From assembly GCF_963921235.1 (NCBI RefSeq), contig NC_086108.1:32240001-32304000 (forward strand): a stretch of DNA of 64,000 bases. The letters are read 5' to 3'. A model generated the notes under the pieces. The model did no database searches. It was not told where the DNA came from and saw nothing but the letters and a program-made list of their open reading frames with translations. The DNA is from Mobula hypostoma (Eukaryota). Both the position numbers and the translations under genes were made by a program. Of this stretch, positions 1 through 13,500 are shown in pieces (position 1 is the first letter of the stretch; every line of letters starts with the position of its first letter).

Positions 1-201
1 TTACCCCTAGACTTGAAGAAGCCTGGTTTTCATATATATTCCACACTTATATATAATCATTGCTAACGAGTTTGATTTATCTGCATTTTATATTACTGTA
101 TTGCATAGTTACTAATAAATAATATTAGTTAATAGCGATACTAGACTCCAAAGTGTTTTCCATTTCTGCTGGTTCTTTAACCCATCACAGTGAACGTGAC
201 A
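1..201 (+). mobile_element. 3' end of an LTR related to the solo LTR at 3021-3872 (cut off by the window edge)
   Basis: Shares ttacccctagac, aataaa, agactccaa and catttctgctggt with 3655-3872. Ends ...cgtgaca versus ...cgtaaca. Confidence 0.65.
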
Positions 202-2090
202 CTTCAAACTGACAAATTCAATACTGGAATTATAAGAATGTTCTGATGCTGCCCAGCTCACAAAATGTCAAACAACATTGCAGACTTTTCTTTGCAGAGT
301 TAAAAGTCTGTGTCCAGAACCAACAGTGACAAGATGGAATTTGTGGTTTCAGATAGAATCTGAGAGCAAGTTGGAAATTTTAACATGCATGCAACTGATC
401 TCACTATTTAGTGACAGTTTCATGGCTGAAAATTCATTCCCTGCAATTCCAAACAATTAAAGTATCAAATCCCTTGAGATGTGTTCTATTCATATCCATC
501 AATAATATGCAAACAAATTTGACACACAAGGCAGAAGAAATTGTGCAAAAGTAACACAGCAAGATGTAGACTGGTTTGTATTACATACAGCAGCATTCAG
601 AAAAACAGCAGGCATAACTGAACAACACTACTGCAATTGTGAACAGGGAGATGCAAGACCAACTTGAATAGTCCAAAGTTCATGCAGCCAGTCATTTCTG
701 AAGGCAATTTGAGACTGCATTTGATTCAAACATTAGCAAAGTACAAGCTCCCTCTGGATGTGATGGCTAATTTTGATCATGATAAATCACAGCCCGCTCC
801 ATAAAAATACTTTGCAAATCAATGAATAACTAGTCAGCAGAAATGTTGGAAACCACTTTTTCTAAACCATCCAATCAGCAGGAAATGGTCATTAATGGAC
901 CAAAGAAATAAAAGATCATGAATCACTTCTCAGGCAAAGGAAGATTTGCAGCTGCAGGGAAGTAATAGTTCCGGTCACAAGACATCATGCAGAAGTTGCT
1001 TAGGGCAATGTCCTTTGCCCAATCATTTTCAGCTGTGTCATCAATGACCCTCCCTCCATTATACAGTCAGAAGTTGGTATATTTGCTGTTGATTTCATAA
1101 TCTAAATTTCAATTCACAATGGCTCAACAAAAGCAGTGCATGTCTGTACACTGTAAAACTGAGACAACGGGCAGAGATTAATGGAGCAAATAATACTCAT
1201 ACCACAAAATTACTAGGTATTGACTACATCTAACAGAAGATCTAAACAACTATTATAGATATATAATGATATTATCACCAGAGTCTAAAAAAAGTACATT
1301 AGTAGAAAAGGACCACAGTGTGAGGTTCTTCTGCTACTGGAGAGGGAGGGGTCAGGTTGGTGAGGAAGCCCCTCAATGTTTATAGTAGTGTACCACCTCA
1401 GAGGACCACACAAGTGGCACCAGTGCTATTAGTGTGTAAGAATGTAATAGAGCAGTACTAAAAACATAGACTATGAATGTAAAGAATGAAAAAGCATTAC
1501 AGGTTTCCCCCGCCATCCGAAGGTAGAATGTTCCTATGAAACGGTTCGTAAGCCGAAATGTCGTAAAGCAAAGAAGCAATTACCATTTATTTATAAGGGA
1601 AAATTTTATGAATATTCGCAGACCGAAAAATAACCTACCAAATCATGCCAAATAACATATAAAACCTAAAATAACAGTAACATATAGTAAAAGCAGGAAT
1701 GATATGTAAATACACAGCCTATATAAAGTAGAAATACTTTTCCACAATCATTACTGAACTGCTCTCCGTAGCAAAAATCTCACGCAAGAGCTATTGGCAG
1801 AAAACCTCATGCAAGCGCTGTTAGCATCAACATGGCGCAAGTTCTCTCCAGTAACCTTTAAGCTATGAAGCTGCCAAATCATACCAAATAACACATAAAA
1901 ATACACAGCCTATATAAAGTAGAAATAATGCATGTACAGCGTAGTATCACTTAGCGGAATCTGGAAGACAGCGCCGAGCACACGGATGATGGTGAGTTAG
2001 ACTGAGTCGTCGCAGGTTGGGTGGTGCAGTGGCCCCCACCCTCCAGGCCACCAAGCGATACATTGCCGCGAAGCATGCAGGGGTGCAGTG

Positions 2091-2305
2091 GTAGCCGGGA
2101 GGAACACAGCACATCTTTAAGAAAAAAGCCGAAACAAACATGCTAATTAATTAGGTGCCGCCCAGCACGTAATTGTCAGCCCAGATCAGTGCCGATTTCC
2201 GATTGCATCGTCTCTGATCTGGGCCAACAATTATGTGGCACCTAATTAATTAGCATGTTTAATTCGGCTTTTTTCTTAAAGATGTGCTGTGTGCCTCCTG
2301 GCTGC
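2091..2305. repeat. ~95-bp-arm inverted repeat (hairpin) inside the Tigger element
   Basis: 2091-2189 (…cacagcacatctttaagaaaaaagccgaaacaaacatgctaattaattaggtgcc…cccagatcag) is the near reverse complement of 2214-2305. Confidence 0.9.
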
Positions 2306-3020
2306 CTTTGCATTCTCCACGAATCGGTATCTGTCCGAGGCCTGGGGGTTAGGGTGGTGGGACACTGAGGTGTCATCTCGTCGTCTGTTTCCATTAGAGC
2401 AGGCAGCTCATCTTCTCCTATGACTGCTCGCCTCGATGTCGAAGGTTGAGGTTCGTCGTCTGCTGTGGCTAGGCTTGCTTGACTGCTGAGCTGCGCGCAT
2501 TTTTCTATCACACAGTTCTTTGTAAGGACTCAAACCATCCTGCAAATATCCCCTAAACCGACGTACCCTTTCAAAATTAAAGTCGTACTTTATCATTACT
2601 CATTCAGTTTCGATTGTTATCCTTTTTTCTTCCAATTGCATCGGCTCTTCATCTGTCAGTTCTTGGTCATGGGATGCCAAAACCACTTCAACATCATGTT
2701 CGTCAGCTTCCACAAGCCAAACTCACTTTGTTCTTACTTCGTTCACCATGATCAAAACGCTTAATTATGTCTAGTTTTACGCTAAGTGTAACACCCTTAC
2801 GAGCTCTTTTAGGCTTTTCCAATACCATAGCACTCATCTTGCAAACGGCTGCTTACAGGCACGTGTTAAAGCAATGCCGTTCCGAATCCGGGGACAGCGG
2901 CTGCTCGAGGCGTGCGCTGTGTTTTATCGCGCGCCGCTTTTTTTTCATAACAGTGAAAACATCTTCTGAAAGCGAAAACAGGGTACTAATGTAGGTCTTT
3001 CATAATAGTGAGGTTTCATA

Positions 3021-3872
3021 TGTTACGAAAGTACACATAGACTAAGATGTTAACTGTCCTGTGCTGGCACCAGTGGGATCAGCAGTTGGTCTGCCACCCG
3101 TCTTCAGGAGAAAGAGAGATAAGGAAGACAATGGAGCAGCATTTGGAGATGTTAATGAAGAGACGGGAGAGCTGTGAAGACTGGCTCCTCTTTGAACCCT
3201 GAACTGTTTGAAGTGATGGACAGGCGATACCCCAGCAGGGGGATAAAAAGGGACAGGTTCGCTAAGGCAAGACACACACGACACCACGAGGTAACGAGAC
3301 CCTGGAAGCGGTGCGCCTCCCACAAGTCGGTGGGAGTTTTGGAGGGCTGGTCGCGGGACCAAGCCATAGACGCACAGGGTGGAAAGGAACAATCGGCGGG
3401 AACCTGGTGTGTGTGTCCGCCCTTGCCTGGGTGCCAGGTTCACTGTAGAGGAAGGGAGGGGTCACAGTCGGTGACCTCAGAAGACATTACAAAGGGCTCG
3501 CCCGAAAGCTGACTGCGAGGAATATCGAAGGTCTGTGTGGAAGCCGTTTTTGAATATTCATTCGCTTCCCCTCTCTCTCCCCCACGGCATTGATTACTGT
3601 GAATTGAACTGAACTCAATTGAACTGAACTTTGCGTCACTTTGAAACTGGTCATTTACCCCTAGACGACGATAGAGCTTGATTGATCCTATTATCCTAGT
3701 TTCCGTGTACATGTGTGTTTATCATTGCTGAACTGTTGTATTCATTATCCTTTTGATTAGCGTACTGTGTTGCTTACTTCTTTAATAAAACTTTCTTAGT
3801 TCCAGTAACCCAGACTCCAACTGAGTGATCCATTTCTGCTGGTTTGGCAACCCAGTTACGGGGTACGTAACA
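3021..3872 (+). mobile_element. Solo LTR (Gypsy-type), 852 bp
   Basis: TGTTACG...CGTAACA termini and 4-bp TSD CATA (3017-3020, 3873-3876). TATA-like GATAAAA near 3243 and AATAAA at 3784. Removing it restores a continuous Tigger end. Confidence 0.9.
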
Positions 3873-3939
3873 CATAAAGCGAACCTTCGAAAAGCAGGGG
3901 ACACCTGTATATATTCTTGTATATAATTTTTAAATCAAT

Positions 3940-4430
3940 ATCCTGGGGGTCACCATTGACCAGAAACTCAGCTGGACAAACCACATAAATGCTATGCCTC
4001 TGAGAGTAGATGAGATCTGGATATCCAATGGTCATGACTCACTCGCTGACACTCCAATGACAGTCTACTATCCACAAGACAAAAATCAGAAACATGTCAG
4101 AATACTCCATTCGTCGACATGATTGATGAAATCAAGGTCTGAGCACCCCAGTAACCACACTAAACACTGAATTCATACTACCACTGCACAAAGACTGGTA
4201 AGTATCATCCAAAGAATACACTGTACTTACACGCAGAACACCTCTCAAGCCCGTGGTCTATGTCAGAAAGATAACAAGAGCAATACACACCTTTGAACAC
4301 TATCAATTGTAGATTCCCCAATAAGCCATGCACTATCCAGACTCGTAAATAGCAGTCTTTCAGTGTCACTGGGTCTAAACTCTGAAACTCCACTGAATAA
4401 TACCATGGAAGTATCTTAATTAGAAGGACT
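3940..4430 (+). mobile_element. Old CR1-like LINE 3' fragment
   Basis: ggggtcaccattgaccagaaactcagctggac (LGVTIDQKL-like). Similar decayed fragments at ~900-1260, 42090-42560 and 58730-59340. Confidence 0.55.
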
Positions 4431-4792
4431 GCATATATTGTGATATTAACACAAAAGATTAAATCCAGAGAACCCTATGAGAAAAGAAAGATCTAACTAA
4501 CTGAGGGGAGTTGAAAATAGGAGGAGGAATAAAAACAGTATTTGCCTATATGGATACTTGTCACTGTGGACAATGTAGATCACTGGGCCTGTTTCTATAC
4601 ATGTAATACTGCAAGATTCCCCAAAGCTAATTTTTCCCTTATCCTTTAAAACTAAGTTTTCTGATTTGTGTTTCATTGCATTTTTTTAAATATTTGAACT
4701 TTCTGAAATCCGGATTAGAATTTGTTGCAAGGAAATAATAGCATGGGAACAATGAATGTGCAAATTTGCCAATGGCATTAAAGCCTGTGAAC

Positions 4793-7626
4793 AATGCAAG
4801 AAGCATCATGAAACAAAGCAGATGAGCTTAGAGCATGGCTGAGTACTTGGAGCTATGATGTTGTGGCCCTTACAGAGACTTGGATGGCTCAGGGGCAGGA
4901 ATGGTTACTTCGAGTGCCAGGCTTTAGATGTTTCAGAAAGGACAGTGAGGAAGGCAAAATAGGTGGGGGCTTAGCACTGCTGATCAGAGATAGTGTCACG
5001 GCTGCAGAAAAGGAGGAATCATGCAGGGATTGTCTACTGAGTCTCTGTGGGTGGAAGTTAGAAACAGGAATGGGTCAATAATTCTACTGGGTGTTTTCTA
5101 CAGACCACCCAATAGTAACAGGGACATCAAGGAGCAGATAGGGAGACAGATTCCTGAAAGGTGTAATAATAACAGGGCTATCGAGGTGGGAGATTTTAAC
5201 TTCCCAATATTGACTGGCATCTCCCCAAGAGCAAGGGGTTTCGACGGGGTGGAGCTTGTTACGTGTGTTCAGGAAGGTTTCCTGACACAATATATAGATA
5301 AGACAACAAGAGGAGAGGCTGTACTTGATCTGGTATTGGGAAATGAACCTCATCAGGTGTCAGGTTTCTCAGTGAGAGCTCATTTTGGAGATAGTGATCA
5401 CAATTCTATCTCCTTTACCATAGTATTGGAGAGGGATAGGAACATACAAGCTAGGAAAGCGTTTAATTGGAGTAAGGGGAAATAAGAGACCATCAGGCAA
5501 GAACTTGGATGCATAAATTGGGAACAGATGTTCTCAGGGAAATGTACTGCAGAAATATGGCAAATGTTCAGGGGATATTTGTGTGGCATTCTGCATGGGT
5601 ACATTCCAATGAGACAAGGAAAGGATGGTAGGGTACAGGAACTGTGATGTACACAGGCTGTTGTAAATCTAGCCAAGAAGAAAAGAAAAGCTTACGAAAG
5701 GTTAAAAAAAACTAGGTAATGATAGAGATCTAGAAGATTATAAGGCTAGCAGGAAGGAGTTTAAGAATGATATTAAGAGATCCAGAAGGGGCCATGAGAA
5801 GGCCTTGGCGGACAGGATTAAGGAAAACCCCAAAGCATTGAACAGGTATGTGAAGAGCAAGAGGATAAAACGTGAGAGAATAGGACCAATGAAGTGTGAC
5901 AGTGGAAAAGTGTGTATGGAACCGGAGGAGATAGCAGAGGTATTTAATGAATACTTTGCTTCAGTATTCACCACAGAAAAGGATCTCAGTGATCATAGCG
6001 ATGGCTTACAGCGAACTGAAAAGCTTGAGCATATAGACATTAATGAACAGGATGCGCTGGAGCTTTTGGGAAGCATCAAGTTAAGTAAGTCTCCGGGACT
6101 GGGCCAGATGTACCCCAGGCTACTGTGGGAGGCAAGGGAGAAGATTGCTAGCCTCTGGCGATGATCTTTGCATCATCAATGGGGATGGAAGAGGTTCCAG
6201 AGGATTGGAGGGTTGCAGACGTTATTCCCTTATTCAAGAAAGGGAGTAGAGATAGCCCAGGAAATTATAGTCCAGTGAGTCTTGCTTCAGTGGTTGGTAA
6301 GTTGATGGAAAAGATCCTGAGAGGCAGGATTTATGAACATTTGGAAAGGCATAATATGATTAGGAATAGTCAGCATGGCTTTGTCAAAGGCAGGTTTTGC
6401 CTTACGAGCCCAATTGAATTTTTTTGAGGATGTGGCTAAACACATTGATGAAGGTAGAGTAGTAGATGTAGTGTATATGGATTTCAGCAAGGCATTTGAT
6501 AAGGTACCCCATGCAAGGCTCATTGAGAAAGTAAGGGGGCATGTGATCCAAGGGGACCTTGCTTGGATCCAGAATTGGCATGCCCACAGAAGGCAAAGTG
6601 TGGTTGTAGACTAGTCATATTCTGCATGGAGGTCAGTGACCGGTGGTGCGCCTCAGGGATCTGTTCTGGGACCCCTTCTCTTTGTTATTTTTATAAATGA
6701 CCTGGATGAGGAAGTAGAGGGATGTGTTAGCAACTTTGCTGATGACAAAGGTTGGGGGTGTTGTGGATAGTGTGGAGGGCTGTCAGAGGTTACAGCGGGA
6801 CATCAATAGAATGCAAAACTGGGCTGAGAAGTGGCAGATGAAGTTTAACCCAGATAAGTGTGAGGCGGTTCTTTTTGGTAGGCCAGATATTATGGTAGAA
6901 TATAGTATTAATGGTAAGACTCTTGGCAGTGTGGAGGATCAGAGGGATATTGGGCTCCAAGCCCATAGGACACTCAAAGCTGTTGCACAGGTTGACTGTG
7001 TGGTTAAGAAGGCATATGGTGCACTGGCCTTCTTCAACCGTGGGATTGAATTCAAGAGCCAAGAGGTACTGTTACAGATATATAAGACCCTGGTCAGACC
7101 GCACTTGGAGTACTGTGCTCAGTTCTGGTCACCTCACTACAAGAAGGATGTGGAAACTATAGAAAAGGTGCAGAGGAGTTTTACAAGGATGTTGCCTGGA
7201 TTGGGGAGCATGCTTTATGAGAATAGGTTGAGTGAACATGACCTTTTCTCCTTGGAGTGACAGAGGGTGACTTGATAGAGGTGTATAAGATGATGAGAGG
7301 CATTGACTTGTGTGGATAATCAGAGGCTTTTCCCCAGGGCTGAAATGGCTAACAGGAGAGGGCACAGTTTTAAGTTGCTTGGAAGTAGGTACAGAGGAGA
7401 TATGAGGGTTAAGTTTTTTTTTTAATAACAGAGTGGTGAGTGTGTGGAATGGGTTGCCGGTGATGGTGGTGGAGGCGGATAAGCGACTCCTGGGTAGGTA
7501 CATGGAGCTTAGAAAAATAGAAGGCTATGGGTAACCCTAGGTAATTTCTAAAGTAAGTACACTTTCCGCACAGGATTGTGGGCTGAAGGGCCTGTATTAT
7601 GCTGTAGGTTTTCTATTTCTATGTTT
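4793..7626 (+). mobile_element. CR1 LINE, ORF2 (APE endonuclease + RT) pseudogenised, in the dynamin intron 1
   Basis: Motifs [46 protein letters not shown] and LVRPHLEYC, broken by frameshifts and stops. 3' tail ttttctatttctatgtttc. Confidence 0.95.
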
Positions 7627-8316
7627 CCAACAGCAAATCATAGCACTTCACTCATGAAATTGTTAAGATTTCCATATTAATTGCTCATTCAACTCATCAC
7701 AACATAAAATCAAATCTAGTGACTAAAATCACAAATGCATTAAAAGTAGAGTTTTTTTTAAAAACATCGAACAATCTTGCTGACCTATGAAGTAAACAAT
7801 TAGCATGGAGTCATTCCTTAGTCGTTTCAGTTTGCAGATTTTAAAACGTTAGACTTCAAAATTATTAACCTTTTTTCTGTATCTGAATTTATCACCACCT
7901 TCCCCTTCCCCCTCTCCCTCAGCTCTTCGGTCTGTTCACTTAATTCTTATAATTCCCTGGTTCATTGTTTGGCCCATTGTTCACTACAATCCCAAATGCT
8001 CTGTTACCTCAAGTCATTCACAACCAATTCACACTTTAATGAATTTAAATGGAAATGCTGAAGGATAATTTAAGGGACATGTCATGAAACATCTCTGCTC
8101 TGGAAAATTCCAGCTCAAGGAAATGCCACAAGTGTATGAACTGTTGACATAAGAGTCTGCAGATGATATAACCTGGAGGCAAAAAAAACTGCTGGAAGAA
8201 AAGAGTGGGTCAGCCAGTATCTGTGATGTTTCTGGTCAAGAACCTGTATCAGAATCTTGAACTGTTGCTGACTGCATTTCTAAATGCACTTGTAAAGCAT
8301 CTGATTTCGCTTTATT

Positions 8317-8540
8317 TTATTTTTTTGACATACAGCATGGAGTAGGCCCTTTCATCCCTTCAAGCAGCACCACCCAGCAATCCCCCGATTTAATCCCAGC
8401 CGAATCATGGGAAAATTTACAATGACCAATTAACCTACCAACCAGTAGGTTTTTGGAATGTGGGAGTAAACCGGAGCACCCATGGGAAACCCATGCGGTC
8501 ACGGGGAGAACATACAAACTCCTTATAAGCAGTAGCAGGA
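8317..8540 (-). mobile_element. V-SINE-type SINE fragment
   Basis: Minus strand reads GGGTTTCCCATGGGTGCTCCGGTTTACTCCCACATTCCAAAAAC...GGTTAATTGGTCATTGTAAATT. Similar copies at ~12100-12365 and 13195-13500. Confidence 0.7.
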
Positions 8541-9499
8541 ACACACCAAAGAGCATCAACGTGAGAAATGGGCTGGTGACGACCCATTCAACACTTAATC
8601 CTCACTAAAAGTGAACTTTTAAAAATTATTCTGTAATATTCCACATAAAATGGAGTAAAAACTGTAAAATATAAATCATGAAGATATGGAATACACAAAT
8701 TTAAAGTGCTAAACATGTCAAAAGATCAATAGCATCACACCACTTCATGACAAATGTTGGTACAATACTGTACCATGCTCTATCATACTTACAGAAGCCC
8801 TGACTGCCAAATCCAACTTTACACAAATCCTCCCTTAAATATTTACAGAACTTTTTTCATGGGAAAGTTCGTAACAGGAATGGAAACATCCACAAGAATT
8901 ATGGAAAAACGTAGCAGTTAGTTAATTCCTGCAACCAGTCTTCAAAAAAATGTATATATGTAACCAGCCGATGGATGTGGAGCATTCCAATTCTGTATCA
9001 TCACACAAAAGAGAATAAAAATGTTTATATTAATCGACTCCCGTTGAAATTGCTCGTTTTGACCTGGGGGGAAACTGTGAGAAGTTCTCAAGAACGCCCC
9101 CTCAATAATCTGGAGACTGCTGGTACCATGGGAGTTTCCTCTTTGGGAGAAGAGGGCACCAAACCATTCATTTTCTAGCAGCAATTACGACATCCACAAT
9201 AAATACTAATACTTAAGACACCCAGCCATGTGAGCCGAATGGCGATCTTAAACTTAAAACAGAGAGACAAGAAATCATCGTGAGATATGGATCAGAAATA
9301 GTCCCTTGGGCTCCTGAGCCAACATCAACCACACATTTACACTCATCCTACACGGATCCCCGAAAGAACTGGTAAAGAAGATTGCGTTTCTTGCAGTCTT
9401 TCCCTTTCTAGTCGTATCCCAAAGCGCTCCACAGTTGTGGAATTCTGGATTGGGAGCATTTAGGGGAGGAGTAAAAAGCGCACAGCAAGATTCCACCAA

Positions 9500-10050
9500 A
9501 CTTTGCGCGCATGCGGATTAATCACTCACCACCCACCCCTCTCCCCCAAATACACGTTCCCCACCACCGTGCCTGGTTCCTTACCTGCCAACGAAACTTT
9601 CCAGCACCGAGCTCTTGCCGGAGCTCTGCCCGCCCACCACCGCGATCTGCGGCAGGTCCAGCTTGCAGCTCTGGCCGACGGCGGAGAAGGCATCTTGCAG
9701 GCGGTTGACCATGGGGATGAGCTCCTCCATCCCACGGTTGCCCATGGCGACCAACCCCACCAGCCGGCCGACCACTGGAGCCCACCGTACGAAGAACGGA
9801 AACCGCACACACAGACGCGAAATCAAGACGGCCACCTCACGGTAACCCTGACTCCCAGCCACGGGAAGAACCCCACCCAACCCAGCCCGCACCCTCCAGC
9901 TCCGAGCCGCCCCGCGACCGTCCTCACTCCGCTCTCCGGCTGACACTTAACGGTCTGCCTGCGCGCAGCCGCACTCGGATCCGGTCAGTCCGGGAGCGGC
10001 AAGCACGATTAACTTGCAGAGTACAGCCCCGATAGTTACTTCGCCGGTCT
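9500..10050 (-). promoter_or_regulatory. CpG island / promoter and 5' UTR of the dynamin gene
   Basis: Strong local GC and CpG enrichment against a CpG-poor background. NRF1-like GCGCGCATGCG near 9505 and TGCGCGCA near 9960. Confidence 0.75.
9585..9745 (-). CDS. DNM3: Dynamin (most likely dynamin-3) coding exon 1
   Basis: [54 protein letters not shown]; 161 nt followed by an AG|GTAAGG donor, matching classical dynamin exon 1. The paralog call rests on the known METTL13-DNM3 tandem synteny. Confidence 0.9.
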
Positions 10051-10494
10051 TTTCTTTAAATACTGTAATTACAAGTTGCATTGCACAATTCAGTTTTGCA
10101 CTGTAAAACTACCAGCCATTTTGCCATATTTAGTCACCACGCATATTCTTAAACACACAGAACAAATTTTGCAAAATCCGTTATTTAATACCTCACTTAA
10201 ACAGGTATTTAAGACAACATTACTGCACATGCTATCTTGGGCACCATAACCGCAATTGTTTGTTTCAAAGTAGCAGCATGTTAAATAAGTTATCATTTCT
10301 TAAAGATGCATTGATTGCATAAACTAGTTTAGCAATTTTGAACATTCTTGGCACAATCTAAGAATGAGACAAGCAGTAGCTCTCGCTTTCCTGAGGGCAT
10401 TTAGTTTAGCAAAATGTAATGAAGTCAACAACAAATAGATTTCAATTTCCCGATTACCATCGTGACAGAGATAATAAAGCACATGGTGGTTCCG

Positions 10495-10610
10495 ACGGGT
10501 TCTTCCAATCCTGCCGATGGGCTTCGGCCCAAAACGTCGACTGTACTTTTTTTTCCATAGAAGCTGCACGGCCTGCTGAGTTCCTTCAGCATTTTGTGTG
10601 TGTTGCTTTC
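10495..10610 (+). mobile_element. Penelope-type terminal repeat fragment with a degenerate hammerhead motif
   Basis: aatcCTGCCGAtgggcttcggcccAAAACgtcgactg followed by gcctgctgagttcc..agcattttgtgtgt. Same family at 11540-11650, 23820-24150 and 38617-38965. Confidence 0.6.
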
Positions 10611-13194
10611 ATAAAGCACATGCTTGGGATTCCAAAATAACATCAACTCATACAATTCACAATAAGAGTAAATATAATTCCTTTGATGCCACTTATATCC
10701 CAGGCACAATGGGCCTTCCTTCTTCACCAGAGAAAATTATTTTCATTTCTTTAGAAAACTCAATAAAAACAAAGCACTTGCCTCATGATATCAACATTAA
10801 CATAGCATTGTCCATAACTTCAGAATGTTCTTAAGCAGTTTACAGCCACTGAAATATTTTGAAATCTAATTACTGTTCCAGTGCTGATAATTCAGCAACT
10901 AATGACCCATGCATAATTCCACAAACAGCAGAGAGAGTAGATGTAAACACCTAAAAAAGACATAATATTGAATGAGGCATAAAACTACCCATGACACCAG
11001 GAACAAACTCCCTATTCATTTTGAATTGAATTGACTTTATTACTTACATCCTTCACATAAAACAATTTACATCTGTCTAAATGTGCAATTTATAGTAATT
11101 TATAATAAATAGTATGTACAACAGGATAGTCAATATAACATAGAAATACAGTTGTATCAGCATGAATTAAGCAGTCTGATGGCCTGGTGGTAGAAGCTGT
11201 CCCACAACCTGTTTCCCAGCTGGCAGAAGTTGTATGTTTGGTAGCATTTTATAAACACAGCAGCAATTCTCAGTTTTAAGACTCATCCAAAAGAACGATA
11301 TTGACAATCTCAGTCAAAATTTTGTGATCAGGTTTCTGAACCTACAAGTTTCTGATCAAATACTAGTTTTGTTTTAAAGTTGTGTACATAGCCCCATAAA
11401 AACCAACAGATTACACTTACACAATCTCAAAATATTTCTGTTATGATTACATTAAATATATCAATTAGCTTGAAATTAACTACATGGAAAATCTATCGGC
11501 AGCTTTGAAAATGACAGTAGGGTGCATTAACATCAAACAAGATGTTGGAAATCCAAGCAACACACACAAAGTGGTGGAGGAACTCAGCAGGCCAGGCGGC
11601 ACTGAAGGAAAAGAGTACAGTCGACATTTTGGGCCGAGACTCTTCGGTGTGTTAATATCAAATTGCTTTTTGTTTGTACACAGTGCTAGGATAATTTGAA
11701 ATTTGCATCAGTTTCAGATCACATTATGACCCCAGAAGAGTCCTGAGGTGGTGGATGCCTTCAACTTACTCTCATGGGAATTATTCTCCAGATGCCTGCA
11801 ATATATTCTACCATGGGAAGAATATACCAGCGCTGATTTCCACAGAATTTATTTTTAAATGGCAGTGTTATGTTACTAGGTCTCTGCAGATGGAAGATAA
11901 ACTTAAAATAGAAAGCCAGAAGCTCACTCCATTAAAAATCAAATGGTCTAAAAGGCTTCTCCTGCATTAGTTCCTTCACAGAAGGCATCAGCTGGGCAAT
12001 CTGCCGCAATCTGTTCCTTAACTCTTCAGATCATATGCAATAGCTCCATCTTCAGTCAGCTTTTATTTATTGGCTACATTTGTGATAGTTTAATTTGTAG
12101 TTACGAATTTAGATATAACAGGGCCTTCTGGCTCAACGAGCCACATGCAACAGCAACCAACCTATTTTAACAGGAGCCTAATTACAGAACAATTTACAAT
12201 GACCAGTTAACCTACTAACTGGACTCTGGAGCACCCTGAGGAAACCGTTGTGGTTCACAGGGAGAACATTCAAACTCCTTACAGATGGCACCAGAATTGA
12301 ACTCTTGAACTCCGGAACACCCCAAAGTGGAATAGCTTCACTCTAACCGCTACATTACTGTGCTGCCGGATACAAATTTGCTTTGAACTTTGTAACATGC
12401 CAACTCCACACAGACAGCACCAGAGTGCGGGATTGAACCCGCGGCTCAGGAGCGATGAGGCAGCTGCTCTACCCACTGCTCCACTGTGCAGTGACTAATT
12501 GCATGCTGCCTGACCCAGTTTCCTTGTCAGCTAAGCTACCATGAACACACCAAGTATCACACTTTCCTGCTTGGATCATATATGATATATATGAACAGTA
12601 TCTGAAATACATCTTATGGAAATGTTTGTTTGATGATGAACTTCAATAAAAAATAAATTACAAAACAAAAAGAATGATGGCATTTTTAACTGGCTCGATT
12701 ACAATTTTCTATTTGTGAATCCACGTCGACTCAGGAGTTAAATTATTTTATTTTATTTCATTTCATAATTCAATCTTTTTTTTTCCTGCATGATCGATTT
12801 GGAATATGGGATACTGTGATCTTGTTACTGTGATTTAAATGTAATATAATTCATATTACTTGTATCCTTATGAATTTTGTATTTGTATTTATGCAATTTA
12901 TATATTAATAAAAATATTGAAAGAGGAAGTTAAGCAATTTTATGAAACTAGCCATGGAACATTAATTAAACAAATCCACCAACTGCCAATTACAAAATAA
13001 TAAATTTATATTCAGTGCTCACATACATAAGAAAGCTTACATTTAAATTGGAAGGATTGCTGAGTTTTCTGTGCTTTATTTTAAATTGCCTAATGATAGA
13101 CGTAACGAAGGAAAATTCACTGGACACTAATCAGATAAAACGTGGGAGTACAATTTTCTTCTGAAGCAGATCGACTCCAGTTATGTTTGTATGA

Positions 13195-13500
13195 ATTTAT
13201 TTATTGATTTAGTGATGTGGTGCAGAGTAGGCCGCCCAGCCCTTCAAGCCACACTGCCCCAGCAACCCCCAAAAAATGCCAATTAACCCTATCCCAACCA
13301 CGGGATAATTTGCAATGATCAGTTAACCTACCTAGTACATCTTTGGACTGTGGACGGAAATTGGAGCGCCCGGAGAACACCCACACATTCTACAGGGAGG
13401 ACGTACAGAGATCCTAGCAGACAGCACTGGGATTAAGCTCCAAACTCTGACGCCCTGAGCTGTAAAAACATCTCGCTAACCACAATGCTACCTTGGCACC
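13195..13500 (-). mobile_element. V-SINE-type tRNA-derived SINE
   Basis: Minus strand GTGTGGGTGTTCTCCGGGCGCTCCAATTTCCGTCCACAGTCCAAAGATG; (ATAA)-type tail near 13196. Confidence 0.7.

Larger units (their letters stand above)
1500..3907 (-). mobile_element. Non-autonomous Tigger/pogo DNA transposon interrupted by a solo LTR
   Basis: TIRs CAGGTTTCCCCCGCCATCCGAAGG and (revcomp) CAGGTGTCCCCTGCTTTTCGAAGG, with TA on both sides (1498-1499, 3908-3909). Decayed acidic C-terminal transposase remnant (...EVVLASHDQELTDEE...) on the minus strand near 2600-2750. Confidence 0.8.

Noticed and set aside
1-9584. miR-199/miR-214 cluster expected in a DNM3 intron
   Set aside because: Known to lie in a later intron. 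I saw no matching hairpin in this part of intron 1.
9746-9946. In-frame 67-codon N-terminal extension of dynamin
   Set aside because: Starts at GTG in a GC-rich UTR where stops are rare. The conserved MGNRGME start is in strong context (GCCATGG).
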